DNA of 64,000 nt from Eledone cirrhosa (taxonomy: Eukaryota): assembly GCA_964016885.1 (NCBI GenBank), contig CAXHJY010000449.1, forward strand, positions 1-64,000, written 5' to 3'. Made by a program: the position numbers and the translations under genes. The notes below the pieces were generated by a model. It ran no database searches. It was not told where the DNA came from and saw only the letters and a list, made by a program, of their open reading frames with translations. Numbering within the stretch: position 1 is the first letter of the stretch; the number at the start of each line of letters is the position of its first letter. Of this stretch, positions 59,866 to 64,000 are shown in pieces.

Positions 59866-60464
59866 GTGCATGCGTAAAATATAATGTGTTCTGTTTTAAT
59901 AAAACTGCAGTTTTGCACCAGGTCACTCCAGGTAACAAATTTACAGTGGAATAAAAAGGAACTAAATTAGATTCGATGTGGTTCTGCTTTTAGCCTAAGG
60001 CATTCATTTTATTTCGTTTTATTTCACAGTATTTCACTGTTTTTCTTCCTTCGACATTCGTGTGTGTTTAATTGTTGAGTAAAAGAAAATTACGTAAAAG
60101 ACCAACCACTTTGACATATCTTTTTTTTTTTACAACAGTCGTAAACATGTCACTGAAACCAGTGGTTTACAAGTTTACACAATTAATGTTTCAGAAACAT
60201 TTGCAAGAAAAACCTTTCGGATGGGTTTTTCTTTTTCTGTTTCTATTTAGTTTTTTTTTTGTTTGTTTGTTTGTTTTGTCTGAGGATGTCGGGGGCGGGG
60301 GCTGTTTTCGGCTTTTTTGTCTTTTTGTTTTTTCTTTTTCTTTTTTGGTGGCGGGGTTGCTTTTTGGGTTTTTTTTCCTTCTGGGTTTTTTATTTTTTTT
60401 TGCTTTTTGGGTATTTTTTTCGAAAAGTTTATATACATATATATATATATATACATATATATAC

Positions 60465-60506
<42 letters not shown>

Positions 60507-60512
<6 letters not shown>

Positions 60513-61496
60513 GGAAAAAATGAAACGAAATTTCATTTCCCACTCTTAGTACGGCTGTTACTTAAATATAAGTATGTATACGTACATACATATATGTATA
60601 CAGACGTACAGTAGTATGTATATATATATATATACATACATGCACACATATATATATGTACGTATGGATTCACCAAACATTTATTATAATGCTCGGTGTG
60701 TTTGTAAACAAACATCCCGTATTAAGCCGTAGTGTCTAGCAACCACCGTTGCTCGTTTGTTCAACACTGACAAAGGAGCGCTGTACTAGTTTCAAGCTTG
60801 TTAGCTATCGTCAGCAACGTATACCTTCCTGCCAAATAGTTGAACGTCCGAAAGTATATACTTTCCTTATGCATATTAACGGCTGAGTAGCCCAATTTGC
60901 ATATCGAGTGGGTTAATCGGCTGGGTGCACCGAAACCGATAAATGAAAAAAATGAAACGAAATTTCATTTCCCACCATACGTACATATATATATTTGTGC
61001 ATGTATGTATATATATATACATACTACTGTACGTCTGTATACATATATGTATGTACGTATACATACTTATATTTAAGTAACAGCCGTACTAAGAGTGGGA
61101 AATGAAATTTCGTTTCATTTTTTCCGTTTATCGTTTTCGGTGCACCTGGCCGATTAACCCACTCGATATGCAAATTGGGCTACTCAGCCGTTAATATGCA
61201 TAAGGAAAGTATATACTTTCGGACGTTCAACTATCTGGCAGGAAGGTATACGTTGCTGACGATAGCTAACAAGCCTGAAACTAGTACAGCGTTCCTTTGT
61301 CAGTGTTGAACAAACGAGCAACGGTGGTTGCTAGACACTGTACGGCTTAATTCGGGATGTTTGTTTACAAACACACCGAGTATTATAATAAATGTTTGGT
61401 GAATCCATACGTACATATATACATGTGTGCATGTATGTATATATATATACATACTACTGTACGTCTGTATACATGTATGTATGTACGTATACATAC

Positions 61497-61502
<6 letters not shown>
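60507..61502. mobile_element. Retrozyme-like family D: head-to-head arms, each longer than one ~430-bp monomer
   Basis: Left arm 60507-60974(-) has period 432; right arm 60975-61502(+) has period 430. HHRs at 60779-60819(-) and 61251-61291(+). Confidence 0.9.
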
Positions 61503-61527
<25 letters not shown>

Positions 61528-61950
61528 AATTCTAACGACAAATATCTAATGGAATGAGGTAAATTATTATATCAATCTGTGTGTGAGTGTATGTGAGTAA
61601 ATGTATGTCTGTGTGTGAATGTGTATTAATGTATGTATGTACGTACGTTTATATGTATGTACGTACGTTTATATGTATATACGTACGTTTCTATGTATAT
61701 ATGCATGTACGTATGTATGTAAGTGTATGTATGTATATATGTATGTACGTACCTATGTACGTACGTATATACGTATGTATGTCCGTTTCTATGTATGCAT
61801 GTATGTATATACGTACATGTATATCTACCTCTCTATGTACATATGTACGTATCTATCTAAGTATGTATTACATATATACATATGAATATTACATATATAT
61901 TCATCTATGTACATACGTATGTATGGATGTATCTATATACGTATGTATGG

Positions 61951-64000
61951 AAGAACAAATTCAAGACCACATGGATGCATCCTGCATCTAAGGAATGGCA
62001 TCTTTTGGACTACGTCCTAGTCAGGATGCGTGACAGACAGGATGTGCAGTGTGTTCGTGTTCTTCGTGGAGCTGAGTGCTGGACGGACCACCGCCTGGTA
62101 CGCGCAAAAGTGAATCTAATCACCAAACGTAAAATCCGGGCTCCTGGTGTTACCCTGCCCAAAAGATTGAATGCTGCTCGTCTTAAGGATAAAAATGTGA
62201 AGAGGACATTGGAAGAAGAGATGCAGGCTGCAGATCTTGGTGAGGATTGGCCGACCCTTAAAAAGTCGGTTTATGATGTAGGCAGACGTGTTCTGGGATT
62301 GGTGCAGAGAAAACATCAGGACTGGTTTGATGAGAAAGATGTGCATATAGATGACTTGTTGGCTGATAAGAGGCGCGCTCTGTCACGCTACTTGACGGCA
62401 AAACCACAGGAGAGGAATACGTTGCATGAGGAGCTCAGGGATGTAAAATCACGCGTTAGGCGGAGTCTTTCTCAGATGAAGGATCAGTGGTGGAGTGAGA
62501 AGGCTGGTGAGATACAAACTGCGTCTGATTGCAATAACACAAAGCTGTTGTACAGTCTCTTGCGTGAGGTTTATGGACCGTCTTCTTCTCTGGTGACACC
62601 GATTCGCAGCAAGGATGGCAAAGAACTTCTTCGTGACTCACAGGGAATTCTACGAAGGTGGCGAGAGCACTTTGATGATCTTTTGAATCAGCCGTCTGTC
62701 GTCAGTGAAGATTTCCTCAATCTCATTCCGGAAAGTCCTGTGAAAGTAGCTCTCGCAGAACCTCCGACACTTGTGGAGGTTGCAGTGGCTATTTCGAAGC
62801 TGAACAGTGGAAGATCTCCAGGTATGGATGGCATACATGCTGAGCTCCTACAATATGGTGGTGAGAGACTCCTGCAACATCTTCACTCTCTGTTTGGAAG
62901 GATATGGGCTAATGAATCCGTGCCTGAGGACTGGAGAGATGCAGTAATGGTGGTCTTGTACAAGGGAAAGGGTAACAGGAATGATTGTGGGAACTACAGA
63001 GGTATATCATTGCTTTCTGTCGTGGGGAAAGTTTTATGTAGGGTGCTTCTGGACCGTCTGCTGACACACATTGCAGATTGTGTCCTTCCTGAAAGTCAAT
63101 CTGGTTTTCGTGTTGGACGCGGCACTACTGATATGATCTTCTCAGCTAGACAGCTCCAGGAGAAGTGCATTGAACAGGGCTTGGATCTGTATCAGGTTTT
63201 TGTCGATCTGACAAAGGCTTTCGATACTGTCAACAGAGATGCATTATGGAAGGTTCTCCAGAAACTTGGTTGCCCTGATAAGTTCCTTGCTTTAGTTAGG
63301 TCTTTCCATGACGACATGAAGGCTTGGGTTAATGTCGGAGGTAACATGTCGGAGCCTATCTCAGTAAAAAATGGAGTGAAACAGGGGGATATTCCAGCAC
63401 CGACCCTGTTTGCCATATACTTTGCAATGGTTTTCTGTATTGCATTCAGGAATTGCGAGCATGGTGTTTACATCCGATATCGAACCTCAGGCAGCATATT
63501 TAACATCAGGCGCTTTGCTGCGAAGACAAAAGTGTTTACATCGGTCATAAGAGACCTCTTGTATGCAGATGATTGCGATCTTGTAGCGCACACAGAGAGT
63601 GATATGCAGCACATTTTGAATGTATTTTCTGACGCTTGCACTGCCCTGGGTTTGACTGTCAGTCTCAAGAAAACCGTCGTCATGTACCAACCTGCACCTG
63701 GTAGGCAGTACACTGAACCAAACATCTATGTGTATGGCAAACGACTTGGAGTGGTTGATCAGTTTGTCTACCTGGGAAGCACTGTCAATCGATACGGCAA
63801 CCTTGACAGTGAAATCTCACTTAGGATTAGGAAAGCAAGTGATGCTTTCGGAAAGCTAGAAAGGCGACTCTGGGGTCGGCGAGACATATGCAGGAGGACA
63901 AAGGTAAGGGTGTACAGGGCATGTGTACTCTCTTGTCTTCTTTATGCCTGCGAGACCTGGGTCACATATCGACGCCACCTTAAGCAATTGGAGCGTTTCC
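61951..64000 (+). mobile_element. 5'-truncated RTE-clade LINE with open APE-RT ORF running off the window
   Basis: TTWMHPASKEWHLLDY..AECWTDHRLV (APE C-terminus), FVDLTKAFDTVNR, GVKQGD and LLYADD (63562), all in one frame with no stop seen. Confidence 0.95.

Noticed and set aside
62116-63725. Minus-strand ORFs over the LINE
   Set aside because: Antisense shadows of the + strand RT ORF.

Overview
Repeat-saturated eukaryotic DNA, most likely an octopod cephalopod (inferred from the SINE types, RTE LINEs and microsatellite load). Almost every ORF in the supplied track is a simple-repeat artefact. Real coding signal is limited to one 143-nt exon of a cyclic-nucleotide-gated channel alpha subunit (46732-46874, RPDSFLERF motif; missed by the ORF track) and RTE-clade LINE remnants, including an apparently uninterrupted, 5'-truncated APE-RT ORF at 61951-64000. 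The most notable hidden system is a dense population of small non-coding elements carrying minimal type I hammerhead ribozymes (HHR). About eight sequence families and more than 20 full or partial motifs are visible. They sit mostly in (TA)n tracts as an inverted arm plus a fixed 3' tail, the architecture of Penelope-like pLTRs/retrozymes. One family is a ~430-460 bp circularly permuted, tandemly read-through monomer with stem-I covariation, consistent with a circular-RNA retrozyme. Also present: two tRNA-derived SINE families, Tc1/mariner MITEs, a palindromic Helitron junction and many minisatellites. All coordinates and structures were read by eye; boundaries may be off by a few bases.
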